This document shows, in pieces, positions 17,088 to 27,296 of a stretch of DNA of 64,000 nucleotides (positions within the stretch are counted from its first letter, which is position 1; each line of letters begins with the position of its first letter). Origin of the DNA: a virus (Duplodnaviria > Heunggongvirae > Uroviricota > Caudoviricetes); the IMG/VR virus record IMGVR_UViG_2571042390_000001. One strand, written 5' to 3'. The position numbers were made by a program, and so were the translations under genes. The notes under the pieces were generated by a model. It did not search any database, was not told the origin of the DNA, and saw nothing but the letters and a program-made list of their open reading frames with translations.

Positions 17088-20000
17088 TTGGACAAACTAC
17101 TTCATTCAATCAGTGAAGCCTCCAGCTTAGGCGAACTGATTGAAATTGTTAGTCGGTTGCATAAATTACGTGCTGTTGCGACCTTTGGCGTCAGGAAAGC
17201 CGATGGCGTCAGTATTCAGAAAACACGCCGGGCAGCAAACAATGCCGCAGTAAATCTTCTTAATTCCCTTCCGCCCGGCTTCGATGGGGCGAAATTAACT
17301 GACGAACAACGTCAGATTCTTGCTGGGTATACCGGTGAAGGCGGCCTGACAGATGGTGAGGGCAGCCAATACGAATACTACACGCCACAGTTTATGGCTG
17401 AAGGTATATGGGAGCTGTTTGCTGACTACGGTATTGATGGCGGTCACGTACTGGAACCATCAGCTGGCACGGGTATTTTCCAGGAGACAAAACGGCAGGG
17501 AATGATAATGACCAGCGCCGAGCTGTCTCCGATCTCCGGTCGAATCAACCAGCTGTTGCACCCGGAAGACGATGTGAACATTGGGGCGTTTGAGGCTCTG
17601 GCGGCGAAAGACGCAATGTATGACCACGCTGTTGGTAACGTACCGTTTGGCGAAGGCCGTTCCGGCGTTGCAGGGCTTGATCCGGCATATGCAAACGAGA
17701 AGAACGTTGGCAATTACTTTGTGCTGCGCACGATCGACAAGGTTAAACCTGGTGGGCTTATCGTATTGGTGGTGCCGAATGGCATGACTGATGGTACGAA
17801 ATACAAAAAATTGCGCGATAAAGTCAGCCGTAAAGCGGAATTTTTGGGCGCGCATCGTATGCCTTCCGGTACGTTCAGTGAATCAGGTACAGATACCGTG
17901 GTGGACGTATGGGTATTGCGTAAACACCCGGAAGCCTTCCTGGAGATGATCCCCGATACGGATGATTCGACGCTCAAATCGGCAAACGTCCTTTGGGTTA
18001 CCTTCCTCAAAGGGAAATGGTTTACAACCGAAGGGAAGCGATTTGTTTACGGCGACATGGAACGTACCAGCTTCCGCAATACCCTAGTGGTGAAAAAAGA
18101 CGGTCGTGTATCCAATGAGTCGATGAAAACCGCGCTATCTCGTCGCTTTGATAGTCGCATCAATTGGGATTTGCTCGGCGTAACTACTCAGGCATGGCAG
18201 GGCGCGAAAGTGGGCGATAAACGCCTTGTAGGCGGTATCTGGCATGAGTTTGATGGTCTGAAATGGGTTCAGGACACGACAACCAAATCCTCCGCGCTTG
18301 ATGTAAGTCGATATGGTGTTTCGACGTTTGGCGATCTGCAGATCGCGTTCCAGTCAACAAACGGGATTCTGGCTTTGTCATGGGACCAGATATCGGCGAT
18401 CGCGTCCGACTATCCATCGGTTGTCAGTGATGAAGTGGCAGCAATGATTCGCTTTGCTGGCAAGCAGCGAGAAAAAGACAGGGAGCGCGTTATGCGCGGT
18501 GCACTGATAGGTCAGTTGATCAACAAGGCACTTGATTTGCGTAACCTGGGGGTGAACGTTGATGACAAACTGGCAGATGCATCCCGCTTGGCGGCAGCAG
18601 AAGTTGCGAAGTATGGACCACCGCACGCGATTAAGCTGAATGGGCTTGCTGAAGCTGGCGCTAAAAACTGGATGACGTTCACTGGCAATGTGAAACAGGA
18701 TGGTTCCACTTCTGACCTTCTGGCAGGGCGACTTGATGTAACGGATGGTGCTGCCGGTATTGACTTTACGCGTCCTGAACAAGTGATAGCACATCTTTTT
18801 AGTGATGTAGCCCTTAATCCTATAACGCTGGGCGACTTTCGTGAGGCGTTTGCTGGTGAACTGCCAGAGGACGACGACGCGGTCCTTGAATACCTGGCGA
18901 AATTTGATGATATCGCTATTGATGGGTATGGCTGTCTGCTGCCGATGGACCGCGCCACCAGCGGCGATGTTGCAACCAAAACAGCACTGCTGGTGGGCTG
19001 GCGTGATGCGTCAACAGGTGAGCAGAAAGCGAACTTTGAGCGTCAGTTGGCGAAAATCGAAGAGAAACGCATTTTCACGCCACTAAATAAAGTCACCGTT
19101 AATCTGAATGCCCGCTGGCTGGATCGCCGCTTGATAAAAGAGTTCCTGGCAGAGCAGGGCTATGACGAGTTTAAGTACACTGAACCTGATCTGAAGGTCG
19201 TCGATGGCATTCTGGTATCTCCGGACGATTACGAAGGTAAGGACGGGGTATTTACCGGCTATCAGCTACGAACCGTAAACGGCAAAAACGGGAATGAGTT
19301 CAAGAAGGCCAACAATAAAGACGGCTTCCTGAACCAGTTAGAAAACTACCTGAACGGTGTTAAACCGCGTGGGCAGAACGCTAACGAGTACCTGGATAAA
19401 ATTGCTCAACTGGAAGTTAGCTTTAACGACTGGTTACGCACCCACCCGCAGGCGGATCAGATAGCCCGTGACTATAACGACGCATTCAATGGTTTCATTC
19501 CGTTCACACATTCTGACGCACCGCTTGGCCTGGAAGGGATTAGTGGAAAGCGCATTCCTCTGACTTATCAGAATGAAGAAGTTCGGCGCTTGTCAGAAGA
19601 TGGGCGTGGCATCATGGGATTTGGTACCGGGCTGGGTAAAACCACGACCGCGCTTGCGCTTGAGGCGTATAACTTCGAAACAGGTCGCACTAAACGCACG
19701 TGTATTGTTGTTCCGAAGGCGGTTTATCAGAACTGGTATCACGAGGCACAGAGTTTCTACAGTGCTGATGCCTTCGCCAATATGATGTTTATCGGTTTGG
19801 ATGAAGTTCGTGATGACAGCGGAAATATTCTGACCGCGCCGGTGCTTGATGAAAATGGCGAACCACGCCTCGACAGTAACGGGCAGCCTCTTACCAGAAA
19901 TGTTGTGAAAGAGTCCTCCAGCGCCGTTATCGTTCAGCGTATGAACATGATCCCGTCGTCAAATTGGCGAACGGTCATCATGACAAAAGAACAATTCGCG

Positions 20001-23000
20001 TCTATCCCGCTACGAGAAAAAACCATCGAGGAGAACTCACAGCAAGCTGTCTTTAATGCTGTGGAAATGGGGCGTCTTGACCTGGCGTCCGGTAAACACC
20101 GTGATGCGCAGAAGAAGAACAAGATTAAGGATCAGGCCGCGAATACCGGTACAACGAAGAAGCAGAATATCCCTTACTTTGAGGATATGAACTTCGATAG
20201 CGTGATTGCCGACGAGGGGCATAACTACCGCAACTCCTTTAATGCCGGGCGTGAAGCGGGACAACTGGCATATTTGCCTAACCCGGCAGTATCCAAGATG
20301 GCCCGCGACATGGCTGTAAAAGCTGCGTACATGATGAAACGCAACAACGGGCGTGGTGTAGTCATGCTGACGGCAACACCGCTGGTGAACAGTCCGATTG
20401 ATGCCTTCAACATGCTGTCTACTGTCATTCCGCAGGAAGAGTGGATGCGTATGGGCATCATTACGCCTGATGATTTCGTTCGTGTGTTTGGCAAAACAGC
20501 CACAGTTCAGGTCCAGAAAATTTCCGGGGAAGTGGAAGAGAAGCAGGGGCTGGTGGGCTTCCAGAACCTTGACGGCCTGCGTGGTATTTTCCATCGTTGG
20601 ACCACTCTGAAGACTGCTGCAGATGTCGGAGCGACGGTTAAAATTCCCGACATCATCGAGAACACCTTGCAGATCCCGATGACAGGGGAGCAGGAGACTG
20701 CTTATGAAGAGCTTCGTAAGCGTGCTCAGGAGTTAAGTCGCAATGATGAGCTGACAGTCGATGAAAACGGGCATATCACTAACGACAAACCGGATGATTT
20801 CATCTTCTCCATCATCCGTGACATGGATAAGGTTGCTATAGACCCGGATCTGTATGCCAGTGCGATTACATTCCAGTTCCCCGTTGAGCTTGCAGACCAG
20901 GTAAAAGCTATTGCTGATGCCTTGCCAAAAGTAGCTGGCGGTAAAGTGGCAGATGATGTTGATGAGGCCGAGGAAGACGGCGCTGGCGGGCTGGTCAGTA
21001 CGCGTACCAGCAAGGTAGTGAAGACCGCTTTTAGTGAACATCCGACGCATGTTGAAATACGTGCCAGCATTGAACTGGAAGCTGAAATACTGAAGGCCAT
21101 TGCGGCTGCCGGCATTGATATGCAGCAGGTGTCGCACCCCATCCCGCCGAAGTATGCCGCGCTGATCGAAAATCTTCGTGAAGGTCTGAAGAACGGTAAG
21201 CAGATCGTCTTTATTGATGAAAAAGCCCAGCACCAGAAGCTGCGCCGTATTATCGCCAGTGCACTGCAAATGCCGGAGCAGGAGATTGGCATTATCAATG
21301 CGACGACAGTTAGCCAGGCTGGTGGCATCAAGCTGAAGAAGGTGAATAAGCCGACCGAACCTACTCCAAACAAAAACGGTGAATACAAAGAAGGGGCATG
21401 GGAAACCTACTACAGCAAACTTGCCCAATATGAGGATTATCTCTCCGCTAAAAATGATGCTGGCCTTGAGGGCATGGAAGGTATTGCCGCCGACTATAAC
21501 GAAGGTCGCACGCGCATCATAATCTGTAACAAGAAGGCTGAAGTAGGTATTAACCTGCACATCGGGACAACCGATATCCACCACCTGACACTACCCTGGA
21601 CACCAGCCAGTATCGACCAACGAAATGGGCGCGGTGCGCGCGTAGGTTCACCGCAAGAAAAGGTCAATGTTCACTACTATTGTGGCAAAGGCACATTCGA
21701 CGACTTCCGTCTGGATACGCTGAAACGTAAGAAAGACTGGATCAAGATGGTGATGACATCCGACATGTCAGAGATCGCCAATGGTGATGCGGATGATGCT
21801 GATGAACGCGCCATTATGCTGGCGGCAAACCCGGAAGAACGCCGCGCAATCATGGCTCGCCAGGCGCAAGAGCGTGAAGAACGTCTGAAACTGAAAGCAC
21901 AGCGCGAGGCCAACAATGCTCTCGATATCTACCTGAAAGCGGCAAACGCCGCCGGAAAAGATATCGGCATGATGGAGACAGAACTGAAAAGCGCGATGGA
22001 ACAGATAGAGTATTACCAGCGCAATCTTGACGACCTGATAAAAGCGGGTACGAACAGGAATGGGCAAAAATACGCGCTTGAGCAGTTGAGTAGCTACAGA
22101 AAACGTGCGCGGGTGCTGCGGTTTGCGATCACCAGGGCAAAAGACGCGGATACCATAATGAAACGCTCTCGTGGTGATGTGGAGCGCGCTATTAAGTCTG
22201 GTGTGCTGGATATCAGTATCGATGTTATTCAGAACCCACAGGAATATATGCGCACTGACAAGAATATCCTGTTGCATAAAGGTAGTTATTACCGTGCAGT
22301 CATTGATGATCGCGAAACAACAGCGATTGTCCGGGTGGAAAAAATTGACGGTGAAAAAGCACAATACCTCTGCCGTATCGCCTGGCTGGATAGAGCAAGT
22401 CGTTACGCTCGAGCACCGGGGTCAATCGTTACATTGCCGTTTGACTCTGTGATTGAAGCGGTAACTTTTGAAGAGGGGGTAGCTGAATCGCGCGCAACGG
22501 CTGCGCGTGGTGTTCAGTGCCACCAGCTATCAACAATACTTACTCGCGATCAGTTCTATGATGCTATTCGCAATGGGGTAATGAATGTTATTGCTGGTAA
22601 ACCTGGTAATGCATGGGGCGGTGGGTCAGCTATTAAATACTGGGCATATCGCACAGATGATGGTCAGATCGCGCTGTCATCGGCCTATGATGGCGTGATA
22701 GGCCAAAAAATCGGGCGAGCATCGGATATAGCACCTGAGCGATGGATATATCCTGATGGCAACGACGAGGCGCTGAAGCGTGAAGTGGCAAAAATACAAG
22801 CCAGTGATAACCCGCTGAATATCGTGGACGGCGAGGGATTCCTCCAGGCATTGTATGGGTATGATTACACCCAGGGAATGCAGGCATGGGGCGCACAGGC
22901 AACGATGGATGATGTTGCCCATGAGTTCGAAAACTGGATGGCTGGGCGTGGTCTGTCAGGTCGTTCGCTTAATAAAGTCACTTCTGAAGATATTCTTAGC

Positions 23001-23924
23001 TTGTTCCGCAAACCGTCCGGAGAAGGTCTGGAATCATTCTGGAGGACCGTGCTGGCATACCGTTTATTCCAGGGCAGGATGAAAGCCTTTAGCAATATCG
23101 ATGATATTGAACGGATGTTTAATCAGGTCAAGATCGCGAAAATTAAGGCGAAGATCGAAAAAACACGTTCTGCGCTGGTGGCCTGGCGCGATGCATTGTT
23201 TGAGCAATATAAATCACTCAGTGATGCAGATGGATGGGCGGCATTGGAACAGCTGGCGAATAATGGGGTAGATGGAGCGAAACTCGCCATTGTTCAGGCT
23301 GATAACCCCCTGGAATCACCGGCAGCACAGTGGATTAAGGTGGGGGCTGTCATCAATGCATTTGATGAAAAACACATTAGTAAGGACGATTTTGCTGATG
23401 CTGTTTCTGTTAATCGCCTGGTAGAAATGGCTACCCGCCGCGCCCGTGAGTTGAAAGACGGCGACTATGTGAATGAGTTGCCGGATACGCTCAAATCGGC
23501 AACGTGGCAGGACTATGTATCGCTGAAAAACGGCGGGGCCACTGAATCAGAGATCGCGGAAAGGCTTGAGCAGGCTGAAAGCAAAAGAGAAGAGCAGGCG
23601 GCAGTGGCTGAAGCCAGAGCTGATGAAGCGGCGAATGATGACTATATCATTGTGGTTAATGATAAGCCGATTCGCGCTAAGGCGCGTGTTCGCGGGCGCT
23701 GGTGGAGCGTCAGCGAGGACGTTGGCGCGGTTTATCTCATTGCCGACCAACCAGGTTCCTCGACAATACGGAACGCCAAAGACGCGATTAAGAAGATTGG
23801 CGGACGTTTCTGGAATTTTGAAGCAAACCCGGTTGCTGATGTGAACTTTGACCGTCCTGCATGGATGGTATCTACGCGTTACTCGGTAGATGAACTGCGT
23901 AAAATAATCGCCGATGCGGCCTAA
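17088..23924 (+). CDS. darB: Giant DarB-like protein: N6-adenine methyltransferase domain plus SF2 helicase domain
   Basis: 2278 aa; MTase motif I VLEPSAGTGIF and motif IV NVPFGE; helicase Walker A GFGTGLGKTTTA, DEGH box VIADEGHNYRN, later QRNGRGARVG; TTG start after RBS. Confidence 0.8.
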   Translation: MDKLLHSISEASSLGELIEIVSRLHKLRAVATFGVRKADGVSIQKTRRAANNAAVNLLNSLPPGFDGAKLTDEQRQILAGYTGEGGLTDGEGSQYEYYTPQFMAEGIWELFADYGIDGGHVLEPSAGTGIFQETKRQGMIMTSAELSPISGRINQLLHPEDDVNIGAFEALAAKDAMYDHAVGNVPFGEGRSGVAGLDPAYANEKNVGNYFVLRTIDKVKPGGLIVLVVPNGMTDGTKYKKLRDKVSRKAEFLGAHRMPSGTFSESGTDTVVDVWVLRKHPEAFLEMIPDTDDSTLKSANVLWVTFLKGKWFTTEGKRFVYGDMERTSFRNTLVVKKDGRVSNESMKTALSRRFDSRINWDLLGVTTQAWQGAKVGDKRLVGGIWHEFDGLKWVQDTTTKSSALDVSRYGVSTFGDLQIAFQSTNGILALSWDQISAIASDYPSVVSDEVAAMIRFAGKQREKDRERVMRGALIGQLINKALDLRNLGVNVDDKLADASRLAAAEVAKYGPPHAIKLNGLAEAGAKNWMTFTGNVKQDGSTSDLLAGRLDVTDGAAGIDFTRPEQVIAHLFSDVALNPITLGDFREAFAGELPEDDDAVLEYLAKFDDIAIDGYGCLLPMDRATSGDVATKTALLVGWRDASTGEQKANFERQLAKIEEKRIFTPLNKVTVNLNARWLDRRLIKEFLAEQGYDEFKYTEPDLKVVDGILVSPDDYEGKDGVFTGYQLRTVNGKNGNEFKKANNKDGFLNQLENYLNGVKPRGQNANEYLDKIAQLEVSFNDWLRTHPQADQIARDYNDAFNGFIPFTHSDAPLGLEGISGKRIPLTYQNEEVRRLSEDGRGIMGFGTGLGKTTTALALEAYNFETGRTKRTCIVVPKAVYQNWYHEAQSFYSADAFANMMFIGLDEVRDDSGNILTAPVLDENGEPRLDSNGQPLTRNVVKESSSAVIVQRMNMIPSSNWRTVIMTKEQFASIPLREKTIEENSQQAVFNAVEMGRLDLASGKHRDAQKKNKIKDQAANTGTTKKQNIPYFEDMNFDSVIADEGHNYRNSFNAGREAGQLAYLPNPAVSKMARDMAVKAAYMMKRNNGRGVVMLTATPLVNSPIDAFNMLSTVIPQEEWMRMGIITPDDFVRVFGKTATVQVQKISGEVEEKQGLVGFQNLDGLRGIFHRWTTLKTAADVGATVKIPDIIENTLQIPMTGEQETAYEELRKRAQELSRNDELTVDENGHITNDKPDDFIFSIIRDMDKVAIDPDLYASAITFQFPVELADQVKAIADALPKVAGGKVADDVDEAEEDGAGGLVSTRTSKVVKTAFSEHPTHVEIRASIELEAEILKAIAAAGIDMQQVSHPIPPKYAALIENLREGLKNGKQIVFIDEKAQHQKLRRIIASALQMPEQEIGIINATTVSQAGGIKLKKVNKPTEPTPNKNGEYKEGAWETYYSKLAQYEDYLSAKNDAGLEGMEGIAADYNEGRTRIIICNKKAEVGINLHIGTTDIHHLTLPWTPASIDQRNGRGARVGSPQEKVNVHYYCGKGTFDDFRLDTLKRKKDWIKMVMTSDMSEIANGDADDADERAIMLAANPEERRAIMARQAQEREERLKLKAQREANNALDIYLKAANAAGKDIGMMETELKSAMEQIEYYQRNLDDLIKAGTNRNGQKYALEQLSSYRKRARVLRFAITRAKDADTIMKRSRGDVERAIKSGVLDISIDVIQNPQEYMRTDKNILLHKGSYYRAVIDDRETTAIVRVEKIDGEKAQYLCRIAWLDRASRYARAPGSIVTLPFDSVIEAVTFEEGVAESRATAARGVQCHQLSTILTRDQFYDAIRNGVMNVIAGKPGNAWGGGSAIKYWAYRTDDGQIALSSAYDGVIGQKIGRASDIAPERWIYPDGNDEALKREVAKIQASDNPLNIVDGEGFLQALYGYDYTQGMQAWGAQATMDDVAHEFENWMAGRGLSGRSLNKVTSEDILSLFRKPSGEGLESFWRTVLAYRLFQGRMKAFSNIDDIERMFNQVKIAKIKAKIEKTRSALVAWRDALFEQYKSLSDADGWAALEQLANNGVDGAKLAIVQADNPLESPAAQWIKVGAVINAFDEKHISKDDFADAVSVNRLVEMATRRARELKDGDYVNELPDTLKSATWQDYVSLKNGGATESEIAERLEQAESKREEQAAVAEARADEAANDDYIIVVNDKPIRAKARVRGRWWSVSEDVGAVYLIADQPGSSTIRNAKDAIKKIGGRFWNFEANPVADVNFDRPAWMVSTRYSVDELRKIIADAA

Positions 23925-23960
23925 CAGATAAGGAGCGGCCCCAACTGGGGCCGAATTTGA

Positions 23961-24395
23961 ATGACGACATTAATTGACACTGTAAAACCGACGGAATCCT
24001 ACCTTGAGGACATTTTGCCGCAGGCGCTCAATGGCAGGAGTGAAGAGGCGTTTCTGGATGCATATCTGAATGGCATGGTGGAAAGGCTGAAACGAGATCC
24101 ACAGCTTTATCACCTTTATGGGCCGTGGTGGCCTGCGCTTAAAACGTTATTGCTGGAGCGCGGCGACATATCATTTGGACAAGTTGTAGATAGTGATGTG
24201 GCAGAGATCTACAAAATGAGTCGCCCGGCGCTTACGGTTTTGGCTGGGCATCTGTATTCGAGCGATCGCCTGGAAAATGACGCGGTATACAATCCTGTTC
24301 ATGCTCTGGAAGTCGCACCTTATGCCGATGATACAGAGCCATACGTGTACACAAGTTACGACGAGTCTATAGAGAAATATCGAATTATGGGGTAG
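23961..24395 (+). CDS. Hypothetical protein
   Basis: 144 aa, follows darB-like gene with RBS aaggag. Confidence 0.5.
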   Translation: MTTLIDTVKPTESYLEDILPQALNGRSEEAFLDAYLNGMVERLKRDPQLYHLYGPWWPALKTLLLERGDISFGQVVDSDVAEIYKMSRPALTVLAGHLYSSDRLENDAVYNPVHALEVAPYADDTEPYVYTSYDESIEKYRIMG

Positions 24396-24397
24396 CC

Positions 24398-24658
24398 ATG
24401 CGAAAGAATCGTAGGTTTACGGTCGAAGACCTAAAGGAATATTCCATATCGAAGGGGTATATCCTTGAGTTCCACCGATACAAGAAGGTTTTTACGCTGC
24501 GAAAAGCAGAAAACCCTGCGAACTGGAGCTGGATATACTTTCCTCACACCGATGATAAGTTGGTAGAACTTGTTGATGATTTAACCTATGAAGGTTGGTT
24601 GATCGCAATCGACAAGACAATCAAAGAATTATCCGAACAGGATAAAATAACCCTTTAA
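24398..24658 (+). CDS. Hypothetical protein
   Basis: 86 aa, 2 bp after upstream stop. Confidence 0.5.
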   Translation: MRKNRRFTVEDLKEYSISKGYILEFHRYKKVFTLRKAENPANWSWIYFPHTDDKLVELVDDLTYEGWLIAIDKTIKELSEQDKITL

Positions 24659-24794
24659 AAATAACAGGTTGGGTAAATGCCATGCGATTTACCCTCCTTG
24701 TTGATTAAGGTCACTCTTTACTCTAAAAGCAAATCCGACCTGTTGCATATAGACCATCCTTGAGTAGTATCTCTCTTGTTTTACAAATCTAACG

Positions 24795-25289
24795 TTGTTG
24801 TTATTATTTCGCATATTTACTATCAATGGGTGTGTTAGAAAAATAGCGCGAAAGAGAAGGCGTCGCAGTGAATATTCTGAAACATCCCCACATGCCGCAG
24901 CTCTTAGAGAACTGGAGAAAAACCCAGATCTAATCAAAAGGAACCATGAGCATTACGAGCAGGTTCGCGTCCTGGACTGGATGTATCGCAATATGCGTTA
25001 TGTGTATGAGCATACTCACGCCACTCCAAACGGTGGCCTGCGAGGCATAAGGACGGCAATAAAAATGGTGGCAGAGGGCCAAAAGAAGGGATATCCCGAT
25101 CTTTCTATAGACCTTGCTTGTGGGGGATACCACGGAATGCGCATTGAGATGAAACATGGGAGAAATCGCCTGACTCCCGAACAACTCGTCTGGATGACTC
25201 GCCTCACAGAAGCCGGTTACTACTGCTTTGAGGCGCGCAGTGCCGCTGAAGCCATAAAAGCTATCACGGAGTATGTTTGTCTTGATTAA
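24795..25289 (+). CDS. VRR-NUC domain nuclease-like protein; start codon uncertain
   Basis: Segments EHYEQVRVLDWM, KGYPDLSIDLACGGYHGMRIEMKHG and LTPEQLVWMTRL fit the PD-(D/E)xK VRR-NUC pattern; the operator motif lies inside the annotated 5' end. Confidence 0.55.
   Translation: MLLLFRIFTINGCVRKIARKRRRRSEYSETSPHAAALRELEKNPDLIKRNHEHYEQVRVLDWMYRNMRYVYEHTHATPNGGLRGIRTAIKMVAEGQKKGYPDLSIDLACGGYHGMRIEMKHGRNRLTPEQLVWMTRLTEAGYYCFEARSAAEAIKAITEYVCLD
24831..24846. promoter_or_regulatory. Operator-like motif
   Basis: tgtgttagaaaaatag in an AT-rich stretch upstream of the VRR-NUC domain. Confidence 0.45.
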
Positions 25290-25303
25290 ACGGAGAAATC
25301 GTT

Positions 25304-25504
25304 TTGCGGTTACTTAACGTGGCAGAACTTATCCCTGCAGGAACTAATGCTATCGCTCGTCGTCGCTCATGGCAGCAGGCTCTATGTATTGAGATCTCGA
25401 AACGTATCAATGGAAGTTTTGAAGCTCGCAATATTGTTACTGGCGATAAGGTTCACATAACCCCGGAAAGTGCAAGCGCTGATGATTGGGAGTTTGTACA
25501 TTGA
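25304..25504 (+). CDS. Small DUF2829-like protein
   Basis: 66 aa; AIARRRSW and DDWEFV motifs; TTG start after RBS ggaga. Confidence 0.45.
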   Translation: MRLLNVAELIPAGTNAIARRRSWQQALCIEISKRINGSFEARNIVTGDKVHITPESASADDWEFVH

Positions 25505-25800
25505 GCAAAAAATATTATGTGAGTCTGGCGTTCGCTGACGATGCGGGGAGGACGCGGAGTATCACGTTGAGCACACCGGTTAAGGCTGTGACAGCGCCGT
25601 TAATCCGTGAAGCTCTCAGAGAGCTGGAATTGGGGGAAAACTCGGCACTGTTGTCGGTTAGTTGGTTCGGGAAAATGTCAGAGAAACAATACGTGGATGG
25701 AGTTACCCCAATAACAGTAATGAGGCTACTTTCATTGCTGCAATGGGCCATCGTACCTGTATTTATCGCGTATCTTATTTATCAGGCTGCAACACAGTAA
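25501..25800 (+). CDS. Small protein with C-terminal transmembrane helix
   Basis: About 99 aa from TTG overlapping upstream stop; C-terminus VMRLLSLLQWAIVPVFIAYLIY. Confidence 0.4.
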   Translation: MSKKYYVSLAFADDAGRTRSITLSTPVKAVTAPLIREALRELELGENSALLSVSWFGKMSEKQYVDGVTPITVMRLLSLLQWAIVPVFIAYLIYQAATQ

Positions 25801-25807
25801 TTGCATA

Positions 25808-25835
25808 AAAACCCGCCAATTAGCGGGTTTTTTGT
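25808..25835 (+). terminator. Intrinsic terminator
   Basis: acccgc-caatta-gcgggt followed by TTTTTT. Confidence 0.7.
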
Positions 25836-25872
25836 TTATTGCATCTTTCGATACTGTCATCAAACTAATAAA

Positions 25873-25890
25873 ATATGTTAGAAAAATAAT
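25873..25890. promoter_or_regulatory. Operator-like motif
   Basis: atatgttagaaaaataat, 25 bp upstream of the 402-aa gene. Confidence 0.5.
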
Positions 25891-25913
25891 TTAACAAAGT
25901 AACGGGAATAGCA

Positions 25914-27122
25914 ATGAGTCAACACACTGATACTTCTAATCTGGAAATTATCTCGACAGCAATTGAAACGCTGCGCACACAAATCGCTCTTATACAGAAA
26001 CGGAATCCGGGTGATGACCTGTCAAAGCGACTGCACGAGAGTGTCATTGCCACTACAGATAACCTGGTGGCGGAAATCAACAAGCTGCTTGATGATGGGG
26101 CAGTTGATTACAATAAGCTGGTGGATCAGTTTGAGGAATACCAACAAGCAGTTAATGATGGCTTGATCCGTTTTTCACAAGTCACAGGCGTATCAGCGAC
26201 AGTTGAAAGCCTGGGTGATGCAGTTAATCAATTTGCCGCGAATATGCGTAATGAGATCGGCAATCTGGAAGCGCGTCTTGAACAGGCAAATACACTGCGT
26301 AAATCTGCCGAAGCCGATTTGAACCGTTACAAAAAAGACTATCCGCCAAGCCTGACAAAGCGGCTGGATGTTGCGGAGAAGGATAACCGCACGCTGAAAA
26401 GAGAGCGCCGGGAACTAAAAGAGCGTTTAACCAAGCTCAATCAGCAATGCATTGATTATCAAGGCGAAGGCGTCACACTGCGTAAAAAGTTGGCTACAGC
26501 GCAGAGCATTATCGAAACATTAAAGCGAGAGTGCTCACAGCTTGGTCACGATCTGAACCGTGCTTGTGGCATGGGACAAAGACCAGAGACATTTCCACTT
26601 ATGTATGATGGAAGGGATGCCATTGCCTACATCCATGAGTATCCGCACGGCCTGGTTGCGGAAACTGGGCAGCGTGGCGAAGCACTGCTGACGGCTAATT
26701 ACCATCAACAAATCAGAACCAATCGCCTGTTAACGATGGATGTGATCCCATCGGTATGGGGAACGCCGCTTTACTATCGCCTGCCGGGCTTCGAAAAGGA
26801 CTGGAATACCGACATAGACGAATGTCTCGCAGATAAAATTATGGCGTATCTGGAGACGGATTTTCCGCGCTTATATCGCCGGATTATGGACTCTAAGGAT
26901 GCGCCAATCGATGAATTAAAAATGCGTCCGGAGACGCTGGAGGCAATCAAGCAGACGGAGTTTGATACTGTATTCAGTGTGGCCTGCATTCCAAGCTGTT
27001 TCCATGAAAGCATCCCGTTCATGCAAGGAGATCGTCGTCAGGAAATCATTGACGCTTGCCGGGTATGGGCGAACGAATGGGATAAGAAGAATGGGGGTGT
27101 AGAAGATCTTTATGGGAAATAA
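25914..27122 (+). CDS. Hypothetical protein, N-terminal coiled coil and C-terminal globular domain
   Basis: 402 aa; flanked by operator-like motifs on both sides. Confidence 0.6.
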   Translation: MSQHTDTSNLEIISTAIETLRTQIALIQKRNPGDDLSKRLHESVIATTDNLVAEINKLLDDGAVDYNKLVDQFEEYQQAVNDGLIRFSQVTGVSATVESLGDAVNQFAANMRNEIGNLEARLEQANTLRKSAEADLNRYKKDYPPSLTKRLDVAEKDNRTLKRERRELKERLTKLNQQCIDYQGEGVTLRKKLATAQSIIETLKRECSQLGHDLNRACGMGQRPETFPLMYDGRDAIAYIHEYPHGLVAETGQRGEALLTANYHQQIRTNRLLTMDVIPSVWGTPLYYRLPGFEKDWNTDIDECLADKIMAYLETDFPRLYRRIMDSKDAPIDELKMRPETLEAIKQTEFDTVFSVACIPSCFHESIPFMQGDRRQEIIDACRVWANEWDKKNGGVEDLYGK

Positions 27123-27140
27123 TGTGTTAGAAATCTAAAA
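27122..27140. promoter_or_regulatory. Operator-like motif
   Basis: atgtgttagaaatctaaaa, overlapping the stop codon of the 402-aa gene. Confidence 0.45.
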
Positions 27141-27276
27141 TCACAATTCGAATGTATTGATTGTGAAGATAACTTAACATAGAATTTTCCTTGCTGGTGG
27201 GCGGTACCCACGTTTCGCTTGCTGGGCTTGATAGTCACTTATTGGTTATTGTTCGCCCACCAGCATTTAACAAATT

Positions 27277-27296
27277 AAAGTGTTAGAAATGTATAG
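27277..27296. promoter_or_regulatory. Operator-like motif
   Basis: aaagtgttagaaatgtatag. Confidence 0.45.

Noticed and set aside
17444-22922. Numerous 60-283-aa ORFs antisense to or out of frame within the DarB-like gene (for example 20733-21584, 21768-22364)
   Set aside because: They lie entirely inside a 6.8-kb gene with strong motif support; their composition is typical of shadow ORFs.
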